Shown piece by piece: positions 38,904 to 48,591 of a stretch of 64,000 nucleotides of DNA. Made by a program: the position numbers and the translations under genes. The DNA comes from Candidatus Multivorans sp. GTDB taxonomy: Bacteria > Acidobacteriota > Thermoanaerobaculia > Multivoradales > Multivoraceae. How positions within the stretch are numbered: the stretch's first letter is position 1; the number at the start of each line of letters is the position of its first letter. The notes beneath the pieces were generated by a model, which made no database searches, had not been told where the DNA came from, and was given only the letters and a program-made list of their open reading frames with translations. Location of the stretch: NCBI GenBank assembly GCA_965224025.1, contig OZ245033.1, positions 3,104,001 to 3,168,000 of the forward strand. The letters are read 5' to 3'.

Positions 38904-41900
38904 TGGCCAGGCCACGCCCCAAGCCCTGGCACCAAGTCGTCCGGCTGAAGGACGAGCTGCGCTCGGGCGAACTGTCGCTGGCGGAGTTCGCCGCCGATCT
39001 GCATGAGGTCACGCTCGCACGGGGCAAGCGGCCGGTGTACGAGGAGGCGGACAAGTTCTTCGCCCTGACCTATCCAACGCACGCGTTGCGGGATCTCGCC
39101 CGTGATGTGGCGGCGAGGCTCGCGGGGCGAAGCGACAAGGCCGTGCGGCAGTTGGAGCTGACCTACGGCGGCGGCAAGACGCACACGCTGATCACTCTCT
39201 ATCACCTGTTCCGGGATCCCGAGGGTTTGCCGGACGTGCCGGCGGTGAGTGAGTTCCGGCAACACGCGGGTCACCAGTTGCCCCGAGCGCATGTGGCTGC
39301 GCTGTGCTTCGACAAGATCGATGTCGAGCGCGGCATCGAGGGAGTGCGTTCCCCGGAAGGCGATACCCGCGTGCTTCGCCACCCCTGGAGCGTGCTCGCG
39401 TACCAGCTCGCCGGCGACGACGGGCTGCGGTCGATCCATGGCGAGGGCGGTGCCGAGGAACGCGAGACTCCTCCGGCCGAGCCCTTGCTGGTCAAGTTGC
39501 TGGAGCGCCCGCAAGAGCGCGGCCTCGGAACGCTCATCCTGGTCGACGAGGTCCTCATGTACGCGCGGGAGAAGGCCGGTCAGGACCGCGTGTGGCGGCA
39601 TCGCATCATCGACTTCTTCCAGTACCTCGTACAGGCCACGACGAAGGTGGATCGCGCGGTGCTGGTGGCCTCGTTGCTGGCTACGGATCCCGCCAAGCAA
39701 CAGGGAGCGGAAGGCCAGCGGCTGATCGGCGATCTGTTCGACGTGTTCCGCAGGCAGCGGGAGGAGGGCGTGCAGCCGGTCGGTAGGAAGGACGTGGCGG
39801 AAGTGCTGCGGCGCCGGTTCTTCGAGCCCGAGGCGTTGCGGGACACCGAGTCGTGGCGTTCGCAGGCGATCGGGGCGGTGCGGGAGCTGGCCGGGCTGGA
39901 CGAAACGACAGCCAGGAGCAGGAAGACGGAAGAGGACCGTTTCGAGGGCAGCTTCCCATTCCATCCCGACTTGACCGACGTGTTCTACAGCCGGTGGACG
40001 CAGCTTCCGGGCTTCCAACGCACGCGCGGCATTCTGCGCATTCTGGCGACGGCGTTGCGCGAGGCCGAGTCCTGGGATGGGAGTCCTCTGGTCGATTCCT
40101 CTGCGCTGCTGACGGCCCAAGGGACGGATGGTGTTTCGGAAGCGGTGCGCGAGCTGGCGGGCGTCGCGAGTTCGGAGACCGGCGAGGGCGCGAGAACCGA
40201 TTGGACCACGCTGCTGGAGGCCGAGTTGGACAAGGCGCGGCGGATCCAGGCGGAGCTGCCGGCCCTGGCGGCCCGCCGGGAGGTGGAGCAGGCTGTGCTG
40301 GCGGTCTTCCTCTACTCTCAGCCGATCGGCCGAAAGGCCTCGACGCCGGAGTTGTTGCGGATGGTCGGCGCTGGCGGTCCCGACAAGATCGGGATTCGCA
40401 AGGGACTCGCCCGCTGGCGCGAGCTGTCCTGGTTCCTGGACGACGAGGATGTCGGCGCCGATGTTCACGGCGTGGGTGGCGGCCTACCAAAGTCGTGGCG
40501 CCTTGGCAATCGTCCCAATCTGCGCCAGATGCACGACGAAGCATGCAAGGAGCGCGTGTCGGCTCAGGCTGTCGAGACCCGTCTCGAGGAGGCCGTTCGC
40601 AAAGCCAGAGTGCTTACGGACGGCGCCCGTGCTGCCGGCGCCGCCGTCCACATGTTGCCGGCGTCCCCAGGGGATGTAGGCGATGATGGCGCCTTCCGGT
40701 ACGTCGTGGTGGGCCCCGATGCCACCTCGGAATCCGGCAAGCCCAGCGCGCTGGCGAAGCGGTATCTGGCCGAGACCACTGGCTCGGCCCGCCCGCGTGT
40801 GCATCGCAATGCGGTGGTTCTTGGTGTGCCGTCGCGCGATGGCCTGGAGGCGGCGCGGGGCAGCATCCGCGCGTTGCTCGGCTGGGAGGACGTGCAGGGC
40901 CGACTCACGGGGCAAACGGTCGATGCGATACAGGCCGAACGGCTCCATCGGCAGCTTCGAGATGCGCGCGCGCGGGTTCCCGATGCCGTCCGGCAGGCGT
41001 ACTGCGTGGTTGTCACCGCGAACACCGACGGTGACCCACAGGCTTTCAAGCTGCCAGGGGCGGCGGGTCCCCTGTTCACGGAGATCAAGAGCGACGAGCG
41101 GTCGCGAATCCGGGAGACCCCGGTCGACGCTGAAGCGCTTCTCCCGGACGGGCCGTATGACCTGTGGCGGCAGGGCGAGCAGGCGCGATTCGTGAAGGAT
41201 CTCGCTGGCGCATTCGCGCGGTATCCCCATCTCCCCAAGGTGCTGAGGCCGCGGATTGTCCGTGAGACGGTGCTGCAGGGCGTGGAGCGCGGTCTCCTGG
41301 TTGCCCGGCTTGAGCGGCCCGACGGCAGTTGCCGGACCTGGTGGCGAGAGCCGGTGGATTCGGAGTGCGTAGACGATCTTGCGCTCGAGGTCGTGCTTCC
41401 GGGCGGCGCCGAGCTCAGACGTCTCGCCCCGTCCCTGCTGGAACCGGGGAGGTTGCCAGGACTGTGGCCGGATGCGGGCCGCGGAGTCGATTTCACGGCT
41501 CTGTTGGAGTACTTCGGCGGTGACTTCACGGTGACCGTCCCGCACGAGGGTTACGACGACGTGGTCGAGATTCCGGGTTGTTCCCCAGCGGTTGTGGAAG
41601 AGGTCGTCTGCCAGGCCGTGGAGCAGGGCTTCGTCTGGCTGCGCAACGGGCCCACGTCGGTGTGGAAAGAAGAGGTCCCCTACGGTGCGCTCGATGAACG
41701 TGCGGTTCTGCTGCGGCCGCTCGATGAGTTGAGGCCCCAGGAACTGATTGAAGAAGCGCTACCAGGCGCTTGGAGCGACGAACAGGCGACCGGCTGGGGC
41801 CTCTCGCAGGCGTTGTCGCAGGTTCGGGGGGCGCCGGTGCCGTGGGGGCTTCTTCGCGAGGGGATCGCCAACGCGGTGCGTAGTCGCTGGTTGGAGGTCC

Positions 41901-42193
41901 TCGATGGAAGTACCTCGGCCAGTTCCGAAGACGCCGCCGTTCTGAAGCTTCGACGCCCAGCGGATGCCCAGACGCCCGGGCCGTCGCCGGATCCCCGTGT
42001 CGCCGACGCGCTGCTTGAGGCGAACGAGGTCCAGGATCTCGCCGACCGGCTTCCCGATCTTCTGAGCGCCAGCGCCGGGTGCGGCCTGAAGTTCCGCGTG
42101 AGAGTGGAACTTGGCGAGGATGCGCCGGCCGAAGCGCGTGACGAACTGAACGAGGTGCTCGGCGAGATATCGGACGATCTGAAGGCCGGGTAA
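38903..42193 (+). CDS. DUF499 AAA+ ATPase
   Basis: KPWHQVV, EFAADL, FFALTYPT, TYGGGKTH (Walker A), ILVDE (Walker B), FPFHP and FQRTRGILR; TGATG overlap with upstream gene. Confidence 0.9.
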   Translation: MARPRPKPWHQVVRLKDELRSGELSLAEFAADLHEVTLARGKRPVYEEADKFFALTYPTHALRDLARDVAARLAGRSDKAVRQLELTYGGGKTHTLITLYHLFRDPEGLPDVPAVSEFRQHAGHQLPRAHVAALCFDKIDVERGIEGVRSPEGDTRVLRHPWSVLAYQLAGDDGLRSIHGEGGAEERETPPAEPLLVKLLERPQERGLGTLILVDEVLMYAREKAGQDRVWRHRIIDFFQYLVQATTKVDRAVLVASLLATDPAKQQGAEGQRLIGDLFDVFRRQREEGVQPVGRKDVAEVLRRRFFEPEALRDTESWRSQAIGAVRELAGLDETTARSRKTEEDRFEGSFPFHPDLTDVFYSRWTQLPGFQRTRGILRILATALREAESWDGSPLVDSSALLTAQGTDGVSEAVRELAGVASSETGEGARTDWTTLLEAELDKARRIQAELPALAARREVEQAVLAVFLYSQPIGRKASTPELLRMVGAGGPDKIGIRKGLARWRELSWFLDDEDVGADVHGVGGGLPKSWRLGNRPNLRQMHDEACKERVSAQAVETRLEEAVRKARVLTDGARAAGAAVHMLPASPGDVGDDGAFRYVVVGPDATSESGKPSALAKRYLAETTGSARPRVHRNAVVLGVPSRDGLEAARGSIRALLGWEDVQGRLTGQTVDAIQAERLHRQLRDARARVPDAVRQAYCVVVTANTDGDPQAFKLPGAAGPLFTEIKSDERSRIRETPVDAEALLPDGPYDLWRQGEQARFVKDLAGAFARYPHLPKVLRPRIVRETVLQGVERGLLVARLERPDGSCRTWWREPVDSECVDDLALEVVLPGGAELRRLAPSLLEPGRLPGLWPDAGRGVDFTALLEYFGGDFTVTVPHEGYDDVVEIPGCSPAVVEEVVCQAVEQGFVWLRNGPTSVWKEEVPYGALDERAVLLRPLDELRPQELIEEALPGAWSDEQATGWGLSQALSQVRGAPVPWGLLREGIANAVRSRWLEVLDGSTSASSEDAAVLKLRRPADAQTPGPSPDPRVADALLEANEVQDLADRLPDLLSASAGCGLKFRVRVELGEDAPAEARDELNEVLGEISDDLKAG

Positions 42194-42325
42194 CTGCGCG
42201 CCGCCTACTTCGCTCGGAGCTCCGAGAGCCGCAGCATGCGTTCCTCCTCGGTTCGTGCCGAATCGAATGGCACGAGCCCGCTGCGCCGTCGTTCCCAGAG
42301 TCTACCGGTCGCGAAGGGCGGAGGC

Positions 42326-43564
42326 TCAGTTTGCGTCCCGCACCAGTCGCAGCATGGCGTCGCTGACGGCGTAGGAGAAACGCGGGTCGTTGATGTTCGC
42401 GTCGACCTCGGTGATCGGCACGGCCCGCCTCAGGTTGTTGCGCAGGGCGGTGAACAGGGCGTCGTCGGCGGCCGGGTCGTGGAACGGTCCGCCGGGAGCG
42501 GCGAGAGTGGAGACGCCGCCGAGCGGCAAGTAGACCTCGACCGGGCCGGTCGAGGCGTTGAGCTTGGAGGCGAGGACCTGACCGAGTTCGGCGCACTCCC
42601 TGGGCGAGGTGCGCATCAGGGTCATGTTGTCGCTCTGGCGGTGGAAGGTGCGGCCCTCGAACTCGGCAGGGACGGTGTCCCGGCCGAAGAAGCTCACCAT
42701 GTCCAGGCAGCCGGGCACGACGACGGCGGGTGTGCCGCTCTTGGCCGCGGCTTCCAGGCGGGACGGGCCCGCGGTACGCACGCCGCCGACCAGTTCATCC
42801 GCGCACTCCGTGGTGGTCAGGTCCAGTACGCCGCGCAAGAAACCGGCCTCGATCAGGCTCTCCATCGTGCGGCCGCCGGCGCCGGTGGCGTGGAAGACGA
42901 GGACCTCGAGCCCCTCGGTCTCGAGCTGGCGCCGGCAGGCGTCCACGCAGGGGGTGGCGCTGTGAAACGTGGAGGCCGCGATCAGAGGACGGTCGTCGCC
43001 GGCCTCGATCTCGACCCGGGCCATGGCGCAGACCGCGGCGGCGGTGCGGCTCAGGATCTGGCGGCTGATGCGGTTGATGCCGTCGAGGTCGACGATCGAG
43101 GGCACCATGACGATGTCCTTGACGCCGACGTAGCCTGAGGCGTCCCCACCGGCCATGGTGGACACCATGACCTTGGGTAGGCCCAGGGGAAGCACGCGCA
43201 TCGCGGTCGTCGCCATCGCGGTGCCGGCGCGGCCGCCCAGGCCCACGATCGCGTTGAAGCTGCCGTGACCGTAGCTGCGGCGAACGACCTCTTCGGCGCC
43301 GGCGGACATCGCAGCGATCGCCCGCCTGCGGTCGGCGGCCTGGGCCAGTTGCTCGATCTTCTCGCCACCGGCATTGGCGACCTCGCGGCGGCTCACGTCG
43401 GGGAGCCAGCTTCCGTCGAGTACAGGCTCGCCGAGCACGCCGAGGTCGATGACGAACGCGCGGCAGTCCCAGTCGCGGACGATGCGATCTACGAGATAGG
43501 AAACCTCGCCGCCCTTCGTGTCGAGGGTGGCCAGGACCGCGATCGTGCATGGTGCGTGGGGCAC
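42326..43564 (-). CDS. Tm-1-like ATP-binding domain protein (UPF0261)
   Basis: ATLDTKG, LPLGLPKVMVST, VDLDGINRIS, VFHATGAGG and TLMRT motifs. Confidence 0.9.
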   Translation of the reverse strand: MPHAPCTIAVLATLDTKGGEVSYLVDRIVRDWDCRAFVIDLGVLGEPVLDGSWLPDVSRREVANAGGEKIEQLAQAADRRRAIAAMSAGAEEVVRRSYGHGSFNAIVGLGGRAGTAMATTAMRVLPLGLPKVMVSTMAGGDASGYVGVKDIVMVPSIVDLDGINRISRQILSRTAAAVCAMARVEIEAGDDRPLIAASTFHSATPCVDACRRQLETEGLEVLVFHATGAGGRTMESLIEAGFLRGVLDLTTTECADELVGGVRTAGPSRLEAAAKSGTPAVVVPGCLDMVSFFGRDTVPAEFEGRTFHRQSDNMTLMRTSPRECAELGQVLASKLNASTGPVEVYLPLGGVSTLAAPGGPFHDPAADDALFTALRNNLRRAVPITEVDANINDPRFSYAVSDAMLRLVRDAN

Positions 43565-43590
43565 AGCCCTGTCATCCTACGGAGGAGTGG

Positions 43591-43660
43591 CGCCCGAAGA
43601 CAAGATCTTCGGGATCGCCCGAAGCCTGGATCTTCGGGATGAAGCCAGGATCTTCGGGAT
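43591..43660. repeat. Tandem palindromic repeats (25 bp x2 + partial third) between divergent genes
   Basis: CGCCCGAAGACAAGATCTTCGGGAT, CGCCCGAAGCCTGGATCTTCGGGAT, GAAGCCAGGATCTTCGGGAT. Confidence 0.8.
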
Positions 43661-43755
43661 AGTAGGATCGGGGGGATGCCGCGCACCTACCGGGACGAAG
43701 GCCGCCGCATCAAGGGCTACGACGATCGGCGACCTTTCCGCCCATCCAGCAGTCG

Positions 43756-46683
43756 ATGAACAACGCCGTCTCCCAGACTCTCGGTCTGACCCTTGCTCTG
43801 GGTCTTGTCGCCGGTGCGAACGCGCAGGAGCTGATGCCGGATCACGACGCGTCGCGCCGGGAGCGGCTCGACTACACGGGCGGGCGCTTGCGCACCGCGG
43901 ACGGATTCCAGGTCGAGTCGGCTGCCACGCCGGGGCTGTTCGGCTCGGTCGTCAACATGACCTTCGACGCCGCCGGCCGACCGCTGCTGGCGCTTGAGGG
44001 CGACGGTCTGGCGGTGCTCGAGGACGGTGACGGCAACGGCGTCTACGACCGCCGGATCGACTTCGCGCCCCAGGTCGAAACGGCGCACGGGCTCTACGTG
44101 ATGGGTCCGGGCGACCTGCTGGTCCACGCCAACGGCGACGGGCGGCTGGCCGAAGCGGCCGGCGTCGAGGGCGAAGTGCGCTCGAGCGGCGCCGTCGAGG
44201 ACACCGGGCTCTACCGGCTGCGGGATACCGACGGCGACGACCGGGTCGACAAGATCGAACGGATCGCCCGCGCGACGGGCCGGATCCAGGAGCACGGCCC
44301 GCACACGATCGCGCGCGGTCCCGACGGAGCGCTCTACCTGCTGTACGGGAACTACTCCGGCCCCGATGTGCGTTTGGCGGCGTCGTCGGCGCTGCGAGAA
44401 CTCCAGGAGGACCAGCTCCTGCCGCGCATCCTCGATCCGCGGGGCCACGCCAACAGCCTGCGCGCGCCGGGCGGCACGCTCTACCGGGTCGACCTGGAGA
44501 CGAACGCCTGGGAACGGCTGTCCGGCGGGTTGCGCAACCCGTTCGATCTGGCGATCGGGGCGGCCGGCGAGGTGTTCGCCTACGAGGCCGACATGGAGTG
44601 GGACCGCGGCCTGCCCTGGTTCCGCCCGACCCGCGTCGTTCACCTGATTCCGGCCGGGGACTACGGCTGGCGCACGGGCGCCGGGAAGTTCGCCTTCTAC
44701 GAGATCGACACCCTGCCCGGGGTCGTCGACATCGGCCGCGGATCGCCGGTCGGCGTCGCCTTCTACTACCACCACGCCTATCCCGAGCGGTACCAAGGCG
44801 CCTACTTCATGGGCGACTGGTCGCGGGGCCGGATCCGGGTTCTGTTCCCCGAGCGATCCGGGGCCACCTGGACGGGCAAAGCGCACGACTTCGTGCTCGG
44901 CGAGCCCCTCAACGTAACCGACATGGATGTCGGACCGGATGGCTGGCTCTACTTCGCCACCGGCGGCCGGGGGACGTCGGGCGGGTTGTATCGCGTGACC
45001 TACGAGCAGCCGGGCCCGCCTCCCGAGGCGACCGGCGCACCGCGGGCCGTGCGGCAGCCGATGCCGCGATCCGGCTGGGGCAGGGAGGCGATCGTCGCCG
45101 CACGGGCCGAGGCGGACGATGCCTGGGCGCCGGAGCTGTGGCGGATCGTCCGTGATCCGGACAGCGAAGCGCTCGACCGCCAGCGCGCGCTCGAACTGCT
45201 CCAGGTCCATGGTCCGAAGCCGACCCTGGAGGAGGCATCCGCCTTGCTTTCGAGCGACGAGCCCATGGTGCGCGCGGCGGCGGCTGCGCTCCTCGGCGCC
45301 CACGCGTTCGCGCAGGTGCAGGAGCCGCTTCGCGCAGCACTCGCGGATCCCGACCCCCTGGTGGCGCGCCGTGCGGCCGAGTCGCTGGTCCGGTCGGGGC
45401 TTCATCCGCGTACCCGACGGCTTGAGGTCGCGACCGCCGAGGCGTTGTACGAACTGCTCGATCACGAGGACCGGTTCCTGCGCTACGCCGCGCGCGAGGC
45501 GATCCTGCGCATTGCCCACGGCTACTGGGTCGATGCGGCGATCATGGCCGCACCGGCGCAACGTCCCCGGGGCGTCTTTGAAGCCCTGCTGGCGGTGATC
45601 TACCGCCAGGAACACAAGCTGGAGTACAACTTCCTCGCCGGGAAGCTGTTCCAGTTGGCGCAGGCCGATCTGGACATCGAGGGAGAGCTCGACTTCCTGC
45701 GCATGCTGGAGCTTGCCTTCGTCCGCGACGAGGATCCGGATGCGCCAGGGCGCGCCGACGCACGATCCGGATTGGGCCCCATGCTGCTCGGCCGCTATCC
45801 GCACGCCGATTCGCGGGCAAACCGCCAGCTCGAACGGCTGCTGGCATTCCTGCAGCCGGACGGAGCGCTGGCGAAAATGGCGGGTCAACTCAGATCGGGT
45901 CGCCCGCCGGAGGAGCAAATCCACACCGCCTACTGCCTGCGCGCGATGGACCGGGGCTGGACGCCGGAATTGCGCAACCGGGTCGTGGCCTGGTTCGACG
46001 ACGCCCGCGAGTTCCGCGGCGCCGCCAGCATGGAGGGGTACATCGACGCGATCTGGAACGATGTGCTGGCGCGGTTCCCCGCCGATGAGCGGAGCGCCGC
46101 CGAGGAACGGCTGGAGATGCAGCGTGCCGAGCGCGCCGAGCGCGCCGCCGAACTGATCACGGATGTCGAGGGCGACCGGCCGGGCAGGAGCGACCTCGCC
46201 CAGATGAGCTTCGAGGAACTGGCCGAGTACCTGGAGTACGACGTGATGGCCTACGAACGGTACAGCCCGGAGCAGGGCGAGCGGGTCTTCCACCGCGCCC
46301 GTTGCTCCGCCTGCCACGTGTTTGGGAACATCGGCCGCGGCGGCGGCCCGGATCTCTCTACGGTCGTCAAGCGCTTCCGCCGCCGCGAGGTGCTGGAGTC
46401 GATCATGTTCCCCTCGCGGGTCGTCTCGGACCAGTACCAGGCGGTCGATGTCGAACTCGACGACGGCAGTCTCCACAGCGGCATGGTGGTCGAGGACGCG
46501 GAGGCGCGGTTGACCCTGATCGACGCCGGCGGCAACCGGCTCGACCTGGACCGCTCGCGCATTCGCACCCAGGCGCCGTCGGCGCTCTCGATCATGCCCG
46601 AGGGCCTGCTCGACGCGATGACCCTGAGCGATCTGACCAGCCTGATCCGTTTTCTGGACGAGGGTGCGGAGCAGCAGCAGTAG
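43756..46683 (+). CDS. PVC-type membrane-bound dehydrogenase / HEAT repeat / haem-binding CxxCH protein
   Basis: Signal peptide; EHGPH, GLRNPFD and DMEWD propeller motifs; CSACH...GPDLS...SIMPEGL cytochrome c domain. Confidence 0.88.
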   Translation: MNNAVSQTLGLTLALGLVAGANAQELMPDHDASRRERLDYTGGRLRTADGFQVESAATPGLFGSVVNMTFDAAGRPLLALEGDGLAVLEDGDGNGVYDRRIDFAPQVETAHGLYVMGPGDLLVHANGDGRLAEAAGVEGEVRSSGAVEDTGLYRLRDTDGDDRVDKIERIARATGRIQEHGPHTIARGPDGALYLLYGNYSGPDVRLAASSALRELQEDQLLPRILDPRGHANSLRAPGGTLYRVDLETNAWERLSGGLRNPFDLAIGAAGEVFAYEADMEWDRGLPWFRPTRVVHLIPAGDYGWRTGAGKFAFYEIDTLPGVVDIGRGSPVGVAFYYHHAYPERYQGAYFMGDWSRGRIRVLFPERSGATWTGKAHDFVLGEPLNVTDMDVGPDGWLYFATGGRGTSGGLYRVTYEQPGPPPEATGAPRAVRQPMPRSGWGREAIVAARAEADDAWAPELWRIVRDPDSEALDRQRALELLQVHGPKPTLEEASALLSSDEPMVRAAAAALLGAHAFAQVQEPLRAALADPDPLVARRAAESLVRSGLHPRTRRLEVATAEALYELLDHEDRFLRYAAREAILRIAHGYWVDAAIMAAPAQRPRGVFEALLAVIYRQEHKLEYNFLAGKLFQLAQADLDIEGELDFLRMLELAFVRDEDPDAPGRADARSGLGPMLLGRYPHADSRANRQLERLLAFLQPDGALAKMAGQLRSGRPPEEQIHTAYCLRAMDRGWTPELRNRVVAWFDDAREFRGAASMEGYIDAIWNDVLARFPADERSAAEERLEMQRAERAERAAELITDVEGDRPGRSDLAQMSFEELAEYLEYDVMAYERYSPEQGERVFHRARCSACHVFGNIGRGGGPDLSTVVKRFRRREVLESIMFPSRVVSDQYQAVDVELDDGSLHSGMVVEDAEARLTLIDAGGNRLDLDRSRIRTQAPSALSIMPEGLLDAMTLSDLTSLIRFLDEGAEQQQ

Positions 46684-46689
46684 GGCGGG

Positions 46690-46721
46690 CCTGGGAACGC
46701 GCGCATCTCGCCCGCATTCGG
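46690..46721 (+). repeat. REP-like palindromic element, degenerate intergenic copy
   Basis: CCTGGGAACGCGCGCATCTCGCCCGCATTCGG right after a stop codon. Confidence 0.7.
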
Positions 46722-46809
46722 CGCGTAGCGCCGATGACTCGGCGACGGCACAGTGGTTGGTACAGTTTGCCGCTTCCTCCGTCCCGGATCCTACCCGTCG
46801 ACCTCGCCC

Positions 46810-47265
46810 ATGCCTTCCAAGCCACGAACGAGGTCTCGGCGCTCGCGTCATCCGGTGTGCCGGGGCGTCCGGGGTGCGACGACGGTTGAGGGTTCGACCC
46901 GGGAGGAGATCCTGACCGCAACGGCGGAGCTGCTCCAGCGGATGGTGCAGGCCAACGGCATCGCCCCGAATGACGTCGCGAGCGCGATCTTCACCACCTC
47001 GCCCGACCTGACCGCGGAGTACCCGGCCCTCGCGGCGCGGCTGATGGGGTGGCGCGACGCGGCCCTGCTGTGCGGGCACGAGATGGCCGTCCCGGGCGGC
47101 TTGGAACGTTGCGTGCGCATCCTGCTGCACTGGAACACGACCGTGCCCGCCGACGAGATCGAACACGTCTACATCCACGGCGCCGCCAACCTGCGCCCCG
47201 ACCGCAGCGAACTCGAAGAACTGCGCCGGCAGGTCGACATCGGGACCGACCGGCGTTTGAGCTGA
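46810..47265 (+). CDS. aroH: Chorismate mutase, AroH class
   Basis: RGVRGATT, FTTSPDL..EYPA, EMAVPG.L.RCVR and LRPD motifs. Confidence 0.92.
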   Translation: MPSKPRTRSRRSRHPVCRGVRGATTVEGSTREEILTATAELLQRMVQANGIAPNDVASAIFTTSPDLTAEYPALAARLMGWRDAALLCGHEMAVPGGLERCVRILLHWNTTVPADEIEHVYIHGAANLRPDRSELEELRRQVDIGTDRRLS

Positions 47266-47391
47266 TCAGTCGAGCCGGCGGAGGGTCAGCAGGCGGAAGT
47301 CCATTGCCTGCTCGACGGAATCTCAAGCGCATGGCTCGTTTCTATCGCGATCGGATCCTTCGCATCCGGCAGGGCCGGCGCAAAGCGCGAT

Positions 47392-47416
47392 AAACGTGAC
47401 TAGAATGGTCACCTTT
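47392..47416. promoter_or_regulatory. Palindromic operator with central TAGAAT upstream of peroxiredoxin
   Basis: AAACGTGAC-TAGAATG-GTCACCTTT (one mismatch in a 9-bp arm). Confidence 0.5.
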
Positions 47417-47470
47417 TCGACGCTTCCCAGTAGCTCCAGATAACACATGACCCGATAGACCGGAGGAACC

Positions 47471-48127
47471 ATGACGCTCAGAATCAACCACGAGGCCCCC
47501 AACTTCACCGCCCAGACCACGGAGGGGGAGATCGACTTCCACGAGTGGATCGGCGACGGATGGTGCGTCCTGTTCTCCCATCCCAAGGACTTCACGCCGG
47601 TGTGCACGACCGAGTTGGGCGCCGTGGCCGGTCTCAAGGGCGAATTCGACCGGCGCAACTGCAAGGTGATCGGCATCAGCGTCGACGGCGTTTCGGACCA
47701 CGAGGCATGGTCGAAGGACATCGAGGCGTCCCAGGGCCACGCCGTGAACTACCCGCTGATCGGCGATCCGTCGCTCGACATCGTCAAGCGCTACGACATG
47801 CTGCCCGCCGACGCCGGCGACACCTCCGAAGGACGCACGCCGATGGACAACGCCACGGCACGTTCGGTCTTCATCATCGGCCCCGACAAGCGGATCAAGG
47901 CGACGCTGACCTACCCGATGAGCACCGGCCGCAACTTCGCCGAGATCCTGCGCTTGGTCGACTCCGTGCAGTTGACCGCGAAGGAGCAGGTGGCGACGCC
48001 GGCGAACTGGGAGCAGGGCGACGACGTGGTCATCCTGCCGGCGGTGTCGGACGAGGCCGCCAAGGCCAAGTACCCGCAGGGCTGGCAGCAGCCCCTGCCG
48101 TACATCCGGGTCGTGCCGCAGCCGTAG
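47471..48127 (+). CDS. 1-Cys peroxiredoxin (Prx6 family)
   Basis: FSHPKDFTPVCTTELG, YPMSTGRNF and VATPANW motifs; GGAGG RBS. Confidence 0.95.
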   Translation: MTLRINHEAPNFTAQTTEGEIDFHEWIGDGWCVLFSHPKDFTPVCTTELGAVAGLKGEFDRRNCKVIGISVDGVSDHEAWSKDIEASQGHAVNYPLIGDPSLDIVKRYDMLPADAGDTSEGRTPMDNATARSVFIIGPDKRIKATLTYPMSTGRNFAEILRLVDSVQLTAKEQVATPANWEQGDDVVILPAVSDEAAKAKYPQGWQQPLPYIRVVPQP

Positions 48128-48148
48128 CGCCGCGGAGTCCCTGCCCGG

Positions 48149-48538
48149 CTATTCCGGGGAGTCGAACCGGGCGCCGCCCCGGCAGTCCGGGGACAGGCTG
48201 CGGCTCTCGCCGCGCGCCTTCCACTCGTTGGGGGTCCAGGCGTCGATGGCCAGGGCGTGGACCGGCCCCGCCAACTCATCGGCCAAGGCGCTGTGAACGA
48301 CGCGGTGTCTGCGGAGCCGGGTTGCGCCCTCGAAATGGCTGCTGACCAAGACGACCCGGAAGTGGGTCTCGGCCTTGGGCGGTACGTTGTGCATCCGGCT
48401 CTCGTTGAGAACCTCCAGCACTTCGGCGCCGGTCGCCGCTTCGAGCTTGGCGCGGATCGTCCGCTCCAGGGGAGTTCCCTGGACAACCGCCTTCCCGGAG
48501 GCGTTGTTGGTGGCGAGGGGACGGCCGATGCCGGTCAT
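48149..48538 (-). CDS. bolA: BolA family protein
   Basis: NESRMH, ETHFRVVLVS..F, RHR.V and VHALAI motifs. Confidence 0.9.
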   Translation of the reverse strand: MTGIGRPLATNNASGKAVVQGTPLERTIRAKLEAATGAEVLEVLNESRMHNVPPKAETHFRVVLVSSHFEGATRLRRHRVVHSALADELAGPVHALAIDAWTPNEWKARGESRSLSPDCRGGARFDSPE

Positions 48539-48591
48539 GGGCGAAGCATAGCGCTGACGTCCTTGTTGGTGCGTGCTACGGTCTTCTCCCG

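Larger units (their letters stand above)
22765..42193. other. Anti-phage defence island (SNF2-DUF3883 / DUF1156 / DUF499 core with accessory genes)
   Basis: Cluster of defence-type genes between amt and the Tm-1-like gene; several ATGA/GTGA/TGATG overlaps. Confidence 0.85.

Noticed and set aside
22667-42325. Defence island as an active integrative element or prophage
   Set aside because: No integrase, transposase, tRNA target, phage structural genes or flanking direct repeats recognised
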